Assembly (NCBI GenBank): GCA_024346625.1
Contig: AP024664.1
Span: forward strand, 4,464,001 to 4,528,000
Source: Williopsis jadinii
Taxonomy: Eukaryota
Length of the DNA: 64,000 nt
Reading direction: 5' to 3'
A program made the position numbers and the translations under genes. The notes beneath the pieces are model-generated. The model had not been told where the DNA came from. It ran no database searches and saw nothing but the letters and a program-made list of their open reading frames with translations. The first letter of the stretch is position 1. Each line of letters opens with the position of its first letter. Below are positions 22,700 to 34,008 of this stretch, in pieces.

Positions 22700-24208
22700 A
22701 TGGCCAATCAGAGTAGCTCACCGCCACTGAGAAGCCGTAGAGGCTCGAAGAGGATCGCACCATCGGAGCAGGGCTCATTTTTCCCGAGATCGTCGTCGTC
22801 GTCGTTGCTGGCATCGCAGTCATCAGACGTTATTCAAGCCGATGGTGATGTTGATGTCAACTATACGCCGCCATGGACAGAGCCCTATGTGATTGGTATT
22901 GCCGGTCCGTCGGGCTCTGGCAAGACCTCAGTTGCTTCGAGAATCATCCACGAGATCAACACGCCATGGACAGTGCTGCTGTCGCTGGACAACTTCTACA
23001 GGCCTCTGACCCCCAAGCAGCTGGAGATGGCATTCGACAATGAGTACGACTTCGACAACCCCAACGCAGTCGACCTGGACTGCTGCTACGACTGCGTCAA
23101 GTCGTTGAAGGGTGGCCATAAGACCCAGATACCGATATACTCCTTTGCCAAGCACGATAGGGAGAAAGACAGATGCATCACCATCTATGGAGCTAACGTC
23201 ATCATCATTGAGGGAATCTATGCTCTGGCACACGAAAAGCTTCGTGATCTGATGCATCTCAAGATCTATGTGGATACAGACTTGGATGTGTGTCTGGCAA
23301 GAAGGCTGAACCGTGATATTGCTCAGAGAGGCCGTGATCTACAAGGTGCCATTCAACAATGGACGAAATTTGTGAAACCAAACGCTGAAAGGTACGTCAA
23401 ACCTACCATGAGCCACGCAGACCTTATCGTGCCCAGAGGGTCAGATAACGTGATTGCCATTGACATGCTTATCAGGCACATCAAGAAGCACCTGGCGTTG
23501 AAGTCTGAGGCTCATCTACAAAAGATTGAGAAACTCACAGGCAAGTTATCATTCACTAAGGAAAACTATCCAAATCTACAAATCTTGGACAACACTCATC
23601 AAATGAGAGGAATATACACAATATTGCTGGACAGGGAAACCTCTATGGATGATTTCATCTTCTATTTCGATAGAGTTGCCATGACGTTGATCAACAAGGC
23701 ATTGGAGTCTTGTACAGAGTATAGAGAAGTGGTTGTGGAGACCCCATTGACGGCGATGAAATCTGTCATTCCAAGCTCGAAGTTTGTTGCAGTGAACATC
23801 GTCCGTTCAGGCGACTGTTTTATGCATTCTTTGAGAAAGACCTTGCCAGAGGTTGCCATTGGCAAGCTCTTGATCCAATCAGATGCCACCACAGGCGAGC
23901 CACAGCTCCACACCGAGGCTTTACCTCATGGCATTGATGATTCAAACGCCAAAGTTCTGTTGTTTGATGCCCAGATAATATCAGGAGCTGGAATCATAAT
24001 GGCGATCCAGGTGCTTGCGGATCATGGTGTAAAACCCCAGAACATCGTTGTTATCACCTATCTCGGCTCTGAGGTTGGACTGAGTAGAATCATGAGAGCG
24101 TTCAAGGACGTGACAGTCGTTGTTGGCATGGTTGGCTACAGAGATGGCATTTCAAAGGAACCATGGTTTAGAAAGAGGTTTATTGATTCCAAGTACTTCG
24201 GTACATAA
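22700..24208 (+). CDS. URK1: Uridine kinase with UPRT-like C-terminal domain
   Basis: YTPPWTEPYVIGIAGPSGSGKTS, LSLDNFY, IEGIYAL, GKLLIQSD. Likely ATG at 22700. Confidence 0.93.
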   Translation: MANQSSSPPLRSRRGSKRIAPSEQGSFFPRSSSSSLLASQSSDVIQADGDVDVNYTPPWTEPYVIGIAGPSGSGKTSVASRIIHEINTPWTVLLSLDNFYRPLTPKQLEMAFDNEYDFDNPNAVDLDCCYDCVKSLKGGHKTQIPIYSFAKHDREKDRCITIYGANVIIIEGIYALAHEKLRDLMHLKIYVDTDLDVCLARRLNRDIAQRGRDLQGAIQQWTKFVKPNAERYVKPTMSHADLIVPRGSDNVIAIDMLIRHIKKHLALKSEAHLQKIEKLTGKLSFTKENYPNLQILDNTHQMRGIYTILLDRETSMDDFIFYFDRVAMTLINKALESCTEYREVVVETPLTAMKSVIPSSKFVAVNIVRSGDCFMHSLRKTLPEVAIGKLLIQSDATTGEPQLHTEALPHGIDDSNAKVLLFDAQIISGAGIIMAIQVLADHGVKPQNIVVITYLGSEVGLSRIMRAFKDVTVVVGMVGYRDGISKEPWFRKRFIDSKYFGT

Positions 24209-24215
24209 GTGTGTC

Positions 24216-25568
24216 TTAATATTGCAACCCAGGAATGTTGTCAGCACCGCCTCTATTGTAGTTATCCAAACCAGGAAGGTAGTTGTCGTATCTCTTGTCA
24301 TCGTGCATTGTTCCACCAAAGTTACCAGGCCCTATGTTTTCATTCTTTGGAACAACAGCGTTGATGGAGTTATTGATTGCAAAGTACCAAGCACCTTTCT
24401 TATCGTCTGTGTATGGAGGATCATTGAAAGCATTTGGATCGTTGGGACGACCACGCGACCAGAATCTCGCTGAACGATCACCACCAGCAGAGGATAGGAT
24501 ATGGCCCATTGGATGGTAATCCAGGGTGTATATGGCCTTTTCGTGAGCGTATGGAATGGTGTGGTACGGCTTAACAGTTTCCAAGGACTCAGGAACAACA
24601 TCGTTTAACATGAAATGGCTCAGAGAGCCATCATAGCCACCAACGGAGAGCATGGAGCTGTGCATTGGATTCCAGCAGAGCGATGATATGTCAACTTCGG
24701 ATCTATAGATATACAGGTCCTTCATACTTCTCAGATCAAAGATTCTCATTGATTTATCACGAGAAATGGATGCCAGCAGGTTCGAGCCTGTCTGAGGCTG
24801 GAACCTTGTCTTCGTTATTGTATGTTTAAATCCATGTAATGTTGATACTGCGGTGCCTGATCTTGGGTCCCATAGCTTTATCAAGTTATCCTTAGAGCCA
24901 CTAACCACGAGACCTAGACTTGGATGCCAATCTGCAGACTTGACGTCCCAGTTGTGTCCCTTCAGCACAGACTCCTCCTTCCCGTTACTGAAGTTCCAGA
25001 TCTTCAACGAGGAGTCGTCACTGGCAGTCACAAACTTCGAGTCGTTTGGTGCGAATGCAACGTCTCTGATGGCGTCATCATGGGCATGTATGATGTTCAC
25101 GTTGTTGAAGTTTGTCTGCCAAAACTTCAAAGTACCCTCCTGATCACCACTCAGGAGCCAATCATCGTTATGGCTATAGTTCAACGACAGGATCGCAGTG
25201 TCGTGTGCCTGCATAATGGTCTCGAAGTTGAAAGACATCCCATTCCACAACGTGAACTCGCCAGAGTGCGATGCCACCAGCAGTCTGCGCCCTTCTGGCG
25301 TGAATTTTATCGCATGGATAGCGTGCTTGGCCTTGTTGGAGCTCAGGTGGACGAACTTCGACTGCGAGTCCACAATTGGCTTGTCTCTGTAGGCCTGTGG
25401 TGGCAGCATATCAATCGTGTACGAGGCCTCGGGACGTATATACCCCAGTGACTTGGGTACCTTATGGCCCATCTTCCTCATCGTCACCCACCGCCCCATC
25501 GACGCTCCATGGTCGATCACACGACGATACGCCGTCTTCTTCTGCTGGGGATGTGCCTGGTTATCCAT
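24216..25568 (-). CDS. PFS2: Polyadenylation factor subunit 2 (WDR33 homolog, WD40)
   Basis: [56 protein letters not shown]. Confidence 0.95.
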   Translation of the reverse strand: MDNQAHPQQKKTAYRRVIDHGASMGRWVTMRKMGHKVPKSLGYIRPEASYTIDMLPPQAYRDKPIVDSQSKFVHLSSNKAKHAIHAIKFTPEGRRLLVASHSGEFTLWNGMSFNFETIMQAHDTAILSLNYSHNDDWLLSGDQEGTLKFWQTNFNNVNIIHAHDDAIRDVAFAPNDSKFVTASDDSSLKIWNFSNGKEESVLKGHNWDVKSADWHPSLGLVVSGSKDNLIKLWDPRSGTAVSTLHGFKHTITKTRFQPQTGSNLLASISRDKSMRIFDLRSMKDLYIYRSEVDISSLCWNPMHSSMLSVGGYDGSLSHFMLNDVVPESLETVKPYHTIPYAHEKAIYTLDYHPMGHILSSAGGDRSARFWSRGRPNDPNAFNDPPYTDDKKGAWYFAINNSINAVVPKNENIGPGNFGGTMHDDKRYDNYLPGLDNYNRGGADNIPGLQY

Positions 25569-25800
25569 TGCTCTCTGTCGTTGACGCCGGCACTTGGTGA
25601 TAATAACAACGTTGTAGTCATTAGAGAAGGCTCACAAGTTTTGATGAGGGTATGTGTGTTGTGTCCGGGTGTTCACCTTATGGCGCAGATCGCGCTAGGC
25701 CAGCGAAGACGGCCACTTTGCCAAACATTCTTTTTCGCCCCATAGTTAAGAATTGCGAAAAAGGAAATCTTGCCCTTTTTGGAGGGATTATGTGGTCGAG

Positions 25801-25950
25801 TTGGTGGAGAACTAGCAGACTAACCAGGCCAGGGCCTGAAAATTGGCAGTTATCATGGTGTAGACTTGAAAACTGGCACTTTCTCGGGCCTGGACTTGAA
25901 AACTGGCAGACTCTAGGTCAGAAAGGCGAAAATCCACGGACTCGCCGCCA
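25801..25950 (+). repeat. Degenerate 30-bp-period tandem array with core GAAAACTGGCA (about 5 copies)
   Basis: Cores at about 25807, 25838, 25868, 25898 and 25928. GACTTGAAAACTGGCA is exact at 25863 and 25893. Confidence 0.8.
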
Positions 25951-26246
25951 GATCTGGGACTTTTCAGACCTTTTGATAGGTTTTCTGCAGGGCTCACAAC
26001 CATGAAGGGCGTGATGTTCGCTTTAAGCGTAGGCGGTGGCTACCTCAATGTCGACGCTAATTTCCAACAAAGGCAAGTCACCAGTGTAAATACATAGGAA
26101 ACACTTTGAACAATAGCCCGAGACACGTAATTATGCTTGGAAAGCCATTCCTGGGTGATAACTACGTGATGTTGAGATGTTTGGCCAGTGATAAGCACAT
26201 TGGACTTGTAAACCGTATAAACTGCGGGAAGCAATATCTCAGCTAG

Positions 26247-29200
26247 TCATAATTCATTGTGGGCCATGAACTCACACTGGTTGAAGTTAGACATCTGGAT
26301 TTGAATGGAGCCACTCTTTGGATTCGTTGGTTCACTCTCGCCACGAAACAGTAGCTCAGCCTTCCCCACAATGACATTGCTCAAACTGATCAGTGCTGAA
26401 CTTTTAGAAGGATCAAATAAACAATCCTTCGACGCAGGAGAATCAGAGAACCATGATGATCTTGGGTCGTCTTCGTCAATATGGTCCAGTAACAGAGGAC
26501 ACAGAGTCATCTTAGCCTTAGCACTGATCTTCAATCCGATCGCTGAAGGGCTTTCTTCACCAGCCTCTTGTTCTGTGCCGTTATCGGATGCAACAAGACT
26601 CGAAGGCATGGCATGAATTGGTTCAATATCCAAGTCTGATACAAACGCAAGGGCGCTAGTAATATGTCTTCTCCTCATTGTTTTGATCAATGAGGCTCTT
26701 GACAGTGGTTTATTGTGCCATTTCATGTCGAAGAACTGGAGAATAAAGGCCAGTTTATAGCGAGGATGTTTCTCGTCTCCCTCGAAGGACCGAATGACAC
26801 AGGCAGACTTCTTGAACACACTGTCATAGTCTGATTTGCGCCATAGAAGATCATACAATGATACACTTAACTCCTTACGAGGTTTTGGTAAGCCAGAACT
26901 CCAAATACCATACACCTTCTCGATATTCTGGTCTCCCATGATCCTCTCAAGCACAGCAAGCGTTGCTGGTACTATCGACTCACTAGGTGAAGAGCAGGAC
27001 TTCACAAGCTGGCGTGGGAATCTCCTTTTCAAATAAGCAACGGTATCCTCGCTGATATGAGCAAACGTAAGCTTCTTTGTATCTATGATTTCCTTATTAG
27101 CCTCTGGACCAATTAAAAATGGCATCTCAAGGGTAAATACATTCGTTTCACACTTTGAGGATTCTGTAACGCAACAGCACGAGGAGTTCAAGCGCATATC
27201 AGGATCCTTCGTAGCCTGATGAACAAGAGATCTGAGCTTTATTTCAAGGGTTTTGCGGACTTTTGAATCACCAGTAATTGCTTCCCACTTCTGACAGATC
27301 TCCTTCATGGAGGTTGGATTCCTGCTAAGGTACATCTTGTAATCCCTCATCGCATATAGACAAAGACTCATAGCTTCATCAGCTGATACAACATCGACTT
27401 GTCTGTCCGTTCCATTTAGTAGTCGATCGTAGAGCTTGGTAGATTGCATCACTGTTTCAGGCCTTTCAAGTGACTTTGGAATGATGCATTCCAAGAGTAA
27501 TCTTGCCTTTTTGCTCAAAAAGTCTTGTTCGATCTTATTCCATTCATCTTCCACATGTTTTAGATCTGATGCAGAACCGCTAACGGAGTTTCTTATCGCA
27601 TGGTGATCTGCCCGTAGGCTTGTAGTGATCAGTTTCAGCTGCTGTTCAACTGTCTTTGAATTCTCCACGATCTCGATGTTGAATGATGGCCGGCCAAAAG
27701 CTTCACGTGTAACATCGAACTGCACAATTGGTCTAGCCAATGTAAGTATGTTGCGACCAGCTATATTTCTTTTGACATCTGTAGAAGGTTTTGATAGTAG
27801 AGAAGTCTGCAAACAGTTCGCTTCTGCAACAACCAACGACAAGCAGTTACTCACTGACCTAGATATCATACTTCGCCCAGCGCTTGTGATTATCCTATAA
27901 CTCGAGTTGTTTGTGGATTTGATAGTTCCCAGGGATCTCTTTAGGACATAACATGAGAAAAGGTTCGGATGTCCATATTCCTGTATCAAAGCCATGGAAT
28001 GAATGAGAACATGAAAGTAGTTAGAACCCATGTGGACCATCAATTTAACCTCCGGTATCTCTTCAAGAGATGGCTCACTTGTAGTTAAGATATCTGCAAC
28101 AGCTTCCCTTCTATCGTTCTGAGCTTGCAACAGCCACGTCTGGATCTTGCTCTTGCTCTCAGGCCTCTCATAGAACAGGTACCTGTGAAGTGAACAGAAT
28201 TCTTTGATCGTTGATTCCAATATTGGAATCTCTGACTTTAAGATGTTGTGTCCCAGTAGGAAGTTGGACATCTTTGTAAAGAGTTGGAAAAACCTTAAGA
28301 AGTGTGGATCCAGATGACGTGAATAATAATCAGATGATAGTAATGCAGGAACCACAGATATCAGTTGCTGTGCGTGTCCTGCTTTGAGATAGACGTCAAA
28401 GGTCTCAACTGAGGTTGGTGGCTCCCCAAACTCTGATGGACGTATATCCGATGTAGCTAATAAACTCCCTAATGTCGTCATCAGATTTGCTAGGATGTGA
28501 GCAGGCAAAGCATACTTCCGGCCTAGTAGAAACGTGTCTTTGGAATCTGAAAGAAGTCCAAGCATCTTTGGAAATAGATGTTCACACAGACAACTCATCA
28601 CGTCAAACCCGATAATGCTGTTTTGTCCCATAGATAAGTCAAAATCAAAGACGGGCGAGCAGCTGCCAACATCAAGACAGGCACCCCCTAAGAGTTCCTC
28701 TGGTCCTTTTTGCAGAGGCCTCATATGAGTGGAACCATTACAGCAATTGTTGGCTCCATGGTGATCTGGATTACAGTGCTGCGCTGGAATTTTGACCCAC
28801 TGACACAAGCTCTTCAGCATTGCCCGAAATTCTGCATCTTTCTGACGAAACTCACGATCACCTCCTGTCAAAGATGCGGTCATAGAGAAAGAAAGCCTTG
28901 CTTTCTTCCTCATTGGACCTTCGTTATCAAATTCATCGACGTAGCCTTCCAAACCATTAAATTCATTCGGCAATTGCTCAGCAGAAGAAACAGCAGAATC
29001 ATCTTCATTACGGGCGAGCCATGCATTGTACTGAGTCGTTACAGGATGCTCATCTAAATGCAGCTCACTGGGGTCTTGAACTGCTTCCTTGACCTCGTTA
29101 CACAATAAGCATGGCGTATCTCCACCAGCTCCACGAAGAGCAACAAATTTGGACAATCTGGGAAGATCACCAAAGAAATTAACAACAGTGGTGAACACGG

Positions 29201-32055
29201 TCAATACAGGACTGTCCCCAGAGGTAGACTTGTGATTCTTCACAAGCATCCCCTTTCTCTGAATTTCAACAAATTCATCTGTCACGCAACTCAATAAGAA
29301 TTTGGTGCTTCTTATTTCAGCATCAAGCATGGAAGGTGCCATATCGTTATCTTTGCCATCTGATTCACTGCCCACAGAATCAACACCTGTTTTCTTACGA
29401 GGAGCAGAGATGAAGCTTGTCAACTGGAAATCAGTGTCACTGTCGAAATCAACAAGTCTCATAACCAATGGCCAAAGCTCTCCGGGCTCTTTGAGTTGAG
29501 CCACAGACTTGGTGAACATCACGACACCATCACAGCCTAAAGTAACGGCCAACTGTATTTCACTCTCATCAAAGTATTTAGTGTTTGAAATCAAAGGTTC
29601 CCGTTCATTTGAAAGCTTAGTCTGCTTATTGAGCTGTTTCAGTCTCTTGACATACTCTCCGTTGTAGAATGTTTGTGGAGCATCTTCATCGGTACTTTGG
29701 CAATGATGTTTGGAGCAATTCTGTAATATAACATTGGAAGTTGATGGATCTTCAAAGAGACAGGCAATATGAAGTCGCGGTGATATAATGAAAGCCAGTT
29801 GCTGAGTTTTACTTGCAAAACATCCTGGTTGGAGTTTCTTGTTTACCGTTTGGCAAACAGGACAGACCCAATTAGTTGGTTCGTCCTCCTTAGTAAAGTC
29901 CGTAAGGCCAGAATCAACTGTGCAGAGATTGGTGCAGAATGGAAAGACTCGTACCAGCCCCAGTTTAATTAGAATTCTGATCATATTGTTTGCAAAAGTT
30001 TCAATGAAACGACTCTTTTCCATAAATATTTTCAATGCTGCTTTACCTTGTGTTACAGCCTTTGCGTTTTCAATGTCGTATTTTGATGCAACAGTGGTCT
30101 TATTCTTATCTTGATTGTCCTCTTCGTGATCCGAAAAACCTGTAGTTGAAGAAAGTGAGCCCACAACTTCCCTGGCAGTTTTCATGAATCTTACAGTTGT
30201 AAATTCTCTTAACATTTCTGCTGCCTTCAAAGGGTTCTCTCCTGCGATTATATTTGCTTGGTTATTAGCATCTGTTTGAGTCAATGAGCTTATTCCGTAT
30301 CTGATGAAGATATGGAACAATTCCAGTGTAATATACTCAAAGTTATCTATTCTCTTCTTCAATTTTCTTTTCAGTACTTGCAAGAACACAAAAGCTGCGT
30401 TTTCGAATGTGACCGTATCAGGTTCAATGTCCATATCGTCATCTTCAACATGATTTTCAACATGGTCTTCAATATGGTCTTCAACATGGTCTTCAATATG
30501 GTCTTCAACATGGTCTTCAACATGGTCTTCAACATGGCTTTGAACATGGTCTTCAACATGGTCTTCAACATGGTCTTCAACATGATCTTGAGCATCAACT
30601 TGAACATCATTTTCAACATCATCTTCAACATCGTTCCTAGACTCATCAATGCTTTCTGTTACAAGTTCAACATCGTTCCTAGACTCATCAATGCTTTCTG
30701 TTACAAGTTCAACACCATTCCTAGACTCATCAACACTTTCTGTTACAAGTTCAACATCGTTCCTAGACTCATCAACGCTTTCTGTTACAAGTTCAACACC
30801 ATTCCTAGACTCATCAACACTTTCTGTTACAAGTTCAACATCGTTCCTAGACTCATCAACGCTTTCTGTTGCAGGTTCACCTTCCTCTGTAACATCTTGA
30901 AGATCCTTTTCAAAGGCAGTTTCAAGCTCCGTGTACAAGGTCTCTTCCATAGTAACTACGGGTGAAATGTTACTGCCGTCCTCCAAAACACAGTTGTGCT
31001 GCGCTGGTGGTAGATCAAGTTGTGCATCTCTAGCTCTTTGTTCCAGAAATTCTTTCAAAGCTTTGGCATGTTCCTTCCGAAATTGTTTCTCACAAGGCAT
31101 ATCAATTTGACCATCCTCTTTTCTGTGAAGTGTCTCCAGATTCTCCGAATATTCGCAGGAACTCACAGGAGAATAGAGTGATGCATTCTCTCTGGACTGC
31201 TCTGGTCGTTTAAAAGACATGAATACTTTCTCGGTAAGCTCCCGATAATTGGTGATATCTCGAGATGTAAATTTTTTGGATTGTTCAAAATCTGGAAATT
31301 TCTCTGGGGAAGATAGAATATACCGTAAATCGTTTCGATTCTCTTGTTCCTTTCTATAGATCACAAGGTATTCGCAACGATGTTTCTTGTGGTCGAAGGT
31401 GATACCGAATGCTTTTTTGTCACTCAAGAAACTATAGTATCGACTCCCAAAACCATCTTTATTCTTCAGCACATGTGATATCGATCGCCAAGAAGAAATT
31501 AGAGTAGAATCCACCAGTCCATTGTTACACATTGACCTGATGTTGAGCAGGATCATCATGTAGACAACATTTTCTGCAGAATCAATCAAATTATTCTCGA
31601 TATAAAAAATCTCTTTGAACTGTTCAAATACAATTCTCATGAAGAGTGCCAGTTCCTCCCCCGAAAGAATGTCCTCAATTTTCCCTGAAGTTATAGGTGG
31701 TCCCCTCAATTTCATAAGTATCACTAACGATGCCTTAATAAAATTCTGACATTGTGATTAGTACTGGTCTTCTCGAAAAAGAATATACCAAACTCACTAT
31801 AACATTGACGATAATATAAGCCACAAGATCTCCTTCCCTACCATCAATAGGCAGAGACAGAAGAGCGGCGAAGTATTTCTTAACTGAGCCGGCATATCTC
31901 AAAGACACGCTCGACGTATGCCTTTGAATAGCATAAGTTGAGAGGCCATCTTGGAGAAAGGGCATCGCAGCCTCCGCTTTGACGCGTAAATTCGTCAAGA
32001 CTGGATCTTCTGAAGCAGTGGCACCGTGTTGATTATCCTCGGCAATCGCGTCCAT
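26247..32055 (-). CDS. ~1918-aa CACTA/EnSpm Tnp2 (Transposase_21-like) transposase-derived protein, 2 exons (32055-31798, 31745-26247)
   Basis: A 52-nt intron (31746-31797, GTGAGT...TACTAAT...CAG) joins the two ORFs in frame. Ordered motifs: CTNLC...CPVC, FYNGEY, LAVTLGCDGVVMF, LWPL, GDLPRLSKFVALRGAGGDTPCLLC, FDVMS, FHVLIH...QEYGHP...YVLKRSLG. Confidence 0.75.
30442..30625 (-). repeat. Coding 12-bp tandem repeat (DHVE/DHIE/NDVE units)
   Basis: (tcttcaacatgg)n is visible directly. Confidence 0.9.
30626..30870 (-). repeat. Coding 42-bp tandem repeat x~6 (TESVDESRNDVELV)
   Basis: Near-identical ttcctagactcatcaa(c/t)(a/g)ctttctgttacaagttcaaca units. Confidence 0.92.
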
Positions 32056-33239
32056 CTGTGATTCTTGAGGTTTGTTTAGTTGTAAGTTGCAAATGAAGTA
32101 ACTTCTTGGAAGACTTTATTGAGAAATTGCTGGAAGTTTTCGTTGGCAATCCGAGTCGCGAGGTGTCAATTTGGAGTTGGAGAATTCCCAGTTTACGGTT
32201 GAGAGGAATCAACAGATCACAGCTAGACGGAGTTTGCTTTAGTCAAAATACAACTTGACGCGTGTTTTTCACTTTGAAGTGTGGTGAATCGTACTGATTT
32301 AGTATGTAGACCGAAACTTCTCCCGTGGTATACCTATAGCAATCTTTCTCTTCACTAAGGAAACGCGTTCTTGTTTCGAGATTGGCGCTCTACCCCAAAA
32401 AGCGCGTCTTGCAGCAGCCTGGAGGTCTCTGTTGTCGTGGTGATATGTGTAGACAGTACTGGATGCACTGCTCTGTGCAAGTTTGCGAAAAAGTAAATGG
32501 TAGGAGCAGCCGTGGAAGCTCTCACTCACCACATGATAATCTACTTGTTCTTTCTGAAACAAGACATTGCAACAACAAACTGACCCAGTTAACACATTAA
32601 ACGGCAAACTTATGGTCTATAATATGGTAAAGTTAAGATTTGTCTTCGTTTTTAAAGAGTTTTGTTCTGCCCAATTTCATAGAACGAAGAATAGAACATA
32701 AAATCAATTGATTATGTAATGAAAGTCGATTCCGGATTTCTTATGTAATCAATAAGAATTCCGAATGTTGGTTTGGTGCACTGTCCAGTCCTTAGTCCCA
32801 TGCCGGTTTGTCTCCAACTTTGCTGATATTACGTGTTCCAACCACTTGATTATGTAATACTTGATTTTTTTCTAAAAAATATGTGAAATTTTTGTTATGG
32901 TCATCGGAGGGCAAAAAAAATGCAAAATTCAAATATTGAGGGTGCCTCTCATAGAGGTAAAATTGAAAATACCGAGAAGATTGTGCTGATTACTACATTC
33001 GATTCTCTGGTCTGTGAATAGTGATTGTAACACATTATAACTGAAACTATGGGGTAAAACTTAGCTGTTGGACCGACCTCTAATTGTGCGGTGTTGATGG
33101 TCCAGATACACCCAGACATCTCACTTACGTAATCTCCGCACGCACTCTTTTTCTCGCCTCTTTTGAGCGCACACAGTTGTACACACAGGCTTCACTTGTT
33201 TACTTTGGTGTTGTTCATTTCCAACACACACGCTCAGAG

Positions 33240-33693
33240 ATGGCTACGAGATCGAGAGCTTTAGCAGCGTACAGACACGCCCTCAAGGCCACGCAGATTG
33301 CATTCCAAGGTGAGTACGATACGGACTTTAGTGTGTTATTTTTCTCTTTAAAGCACTCTTATTAATACCCGTTGAAATCAAGGTGATGTTGCTCTTTTGA
33401 ACGCCTCCAGGGCCGAGATTAGAAAGGGCTTCAACCAGCCGGATGAGACCAAGAGCGTGGAGGAGCGTATTGCACATTTGGAGGAGGTGTCCAAGTTCCT
33501 GATGAGTAATATCGTCCAGGGAAAGCGTCAGGACAACGGCAAAATCCACCTGAACATCCACGAGGGCACGGAGCTTGGAGACAACGAGAGCATCAAGAAC
33601 CCTAAGCCAACGATGGTTGCGGGAAGAGGCTCTAAAGGTGGGTGCTGTGGTGGCGGCCAGCGTGTGCTGAAGCAGAAGGGGGCTTCTGCTTAA
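33240..33693 (+). CDS. MZM1: Mitochondrial LYR-motif protein Mzm1 (LYRM7), 2 exons (33240-33309, 33383-33693)
   Basis: MATRSRALAAYRHALKATQIAFQG|DVALLNASR...NIVQG...LNIHEGTELGDNESIK...GGCCGGG; intron GTGAGT...AAG. Confidence 0.88.
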
Positions 33694-34008
33694 AACAGCG
33701 TGCGTAGGACATGACTCATGAGGGCATTGGTTTCTGGTGGTTATTGGAGACACGTACCGTCTTGTTCTCTCTTTAAGCTGTCCTTCCTGAAGTCATTAAT
33801 GTATATAGTCATTTCACAGGGAAATGTATTTACTTTTGTTGTTTCGTTATATTCCAAGGTTTAATCGAGTAAAAAATCACACAGCTTGTCAATGTTGAAA
33901 TGCGTGATGTAACTTTTGTAGAGAGGCCATATGAGCATTTTGAAATTTTGAACCCTCCGCAGTGCTGAAACTTCGCATTCTCATATACAGAGACACTTGT
34001 AACAGCAG

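Larger units (their letters stand above)
25738..33054 (-). mobile_element. Putative CACTA/EnSpm (CMC superfamily) DNA transposon or its domesticated derivative; boundaries tentative
   Basis: Contains the Tnp2-like gene and a 30-bp-period array at 25801-25950. Candidate inverted ends are CCCCATAGTT (25738) and AACTATGGGG (33045-33054). No target-site duplication seen. Confidence 0.5.

Noticed and set aside
25801..25950. 30-bp array as a CRISPR array, or the overlapping 117-aa ORF (25652-26005) as a gene
   Set aside because: The period is too short and degenerate and there are no cas genes. The ORF has no recognisable family and its ENWQ repeats simply follow from the DNA repeat.
30312..30965. 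217-aa plus-strand ORF with FNMV repeats
   Set aside because: Antisense shadow of the coding minisatellites in the transposase-like gene.
31735..32055. Separate 106-aa gene
   Set aside because: Better explained as exon 1 of the large gene; a 52-nt intron joins it in frame.
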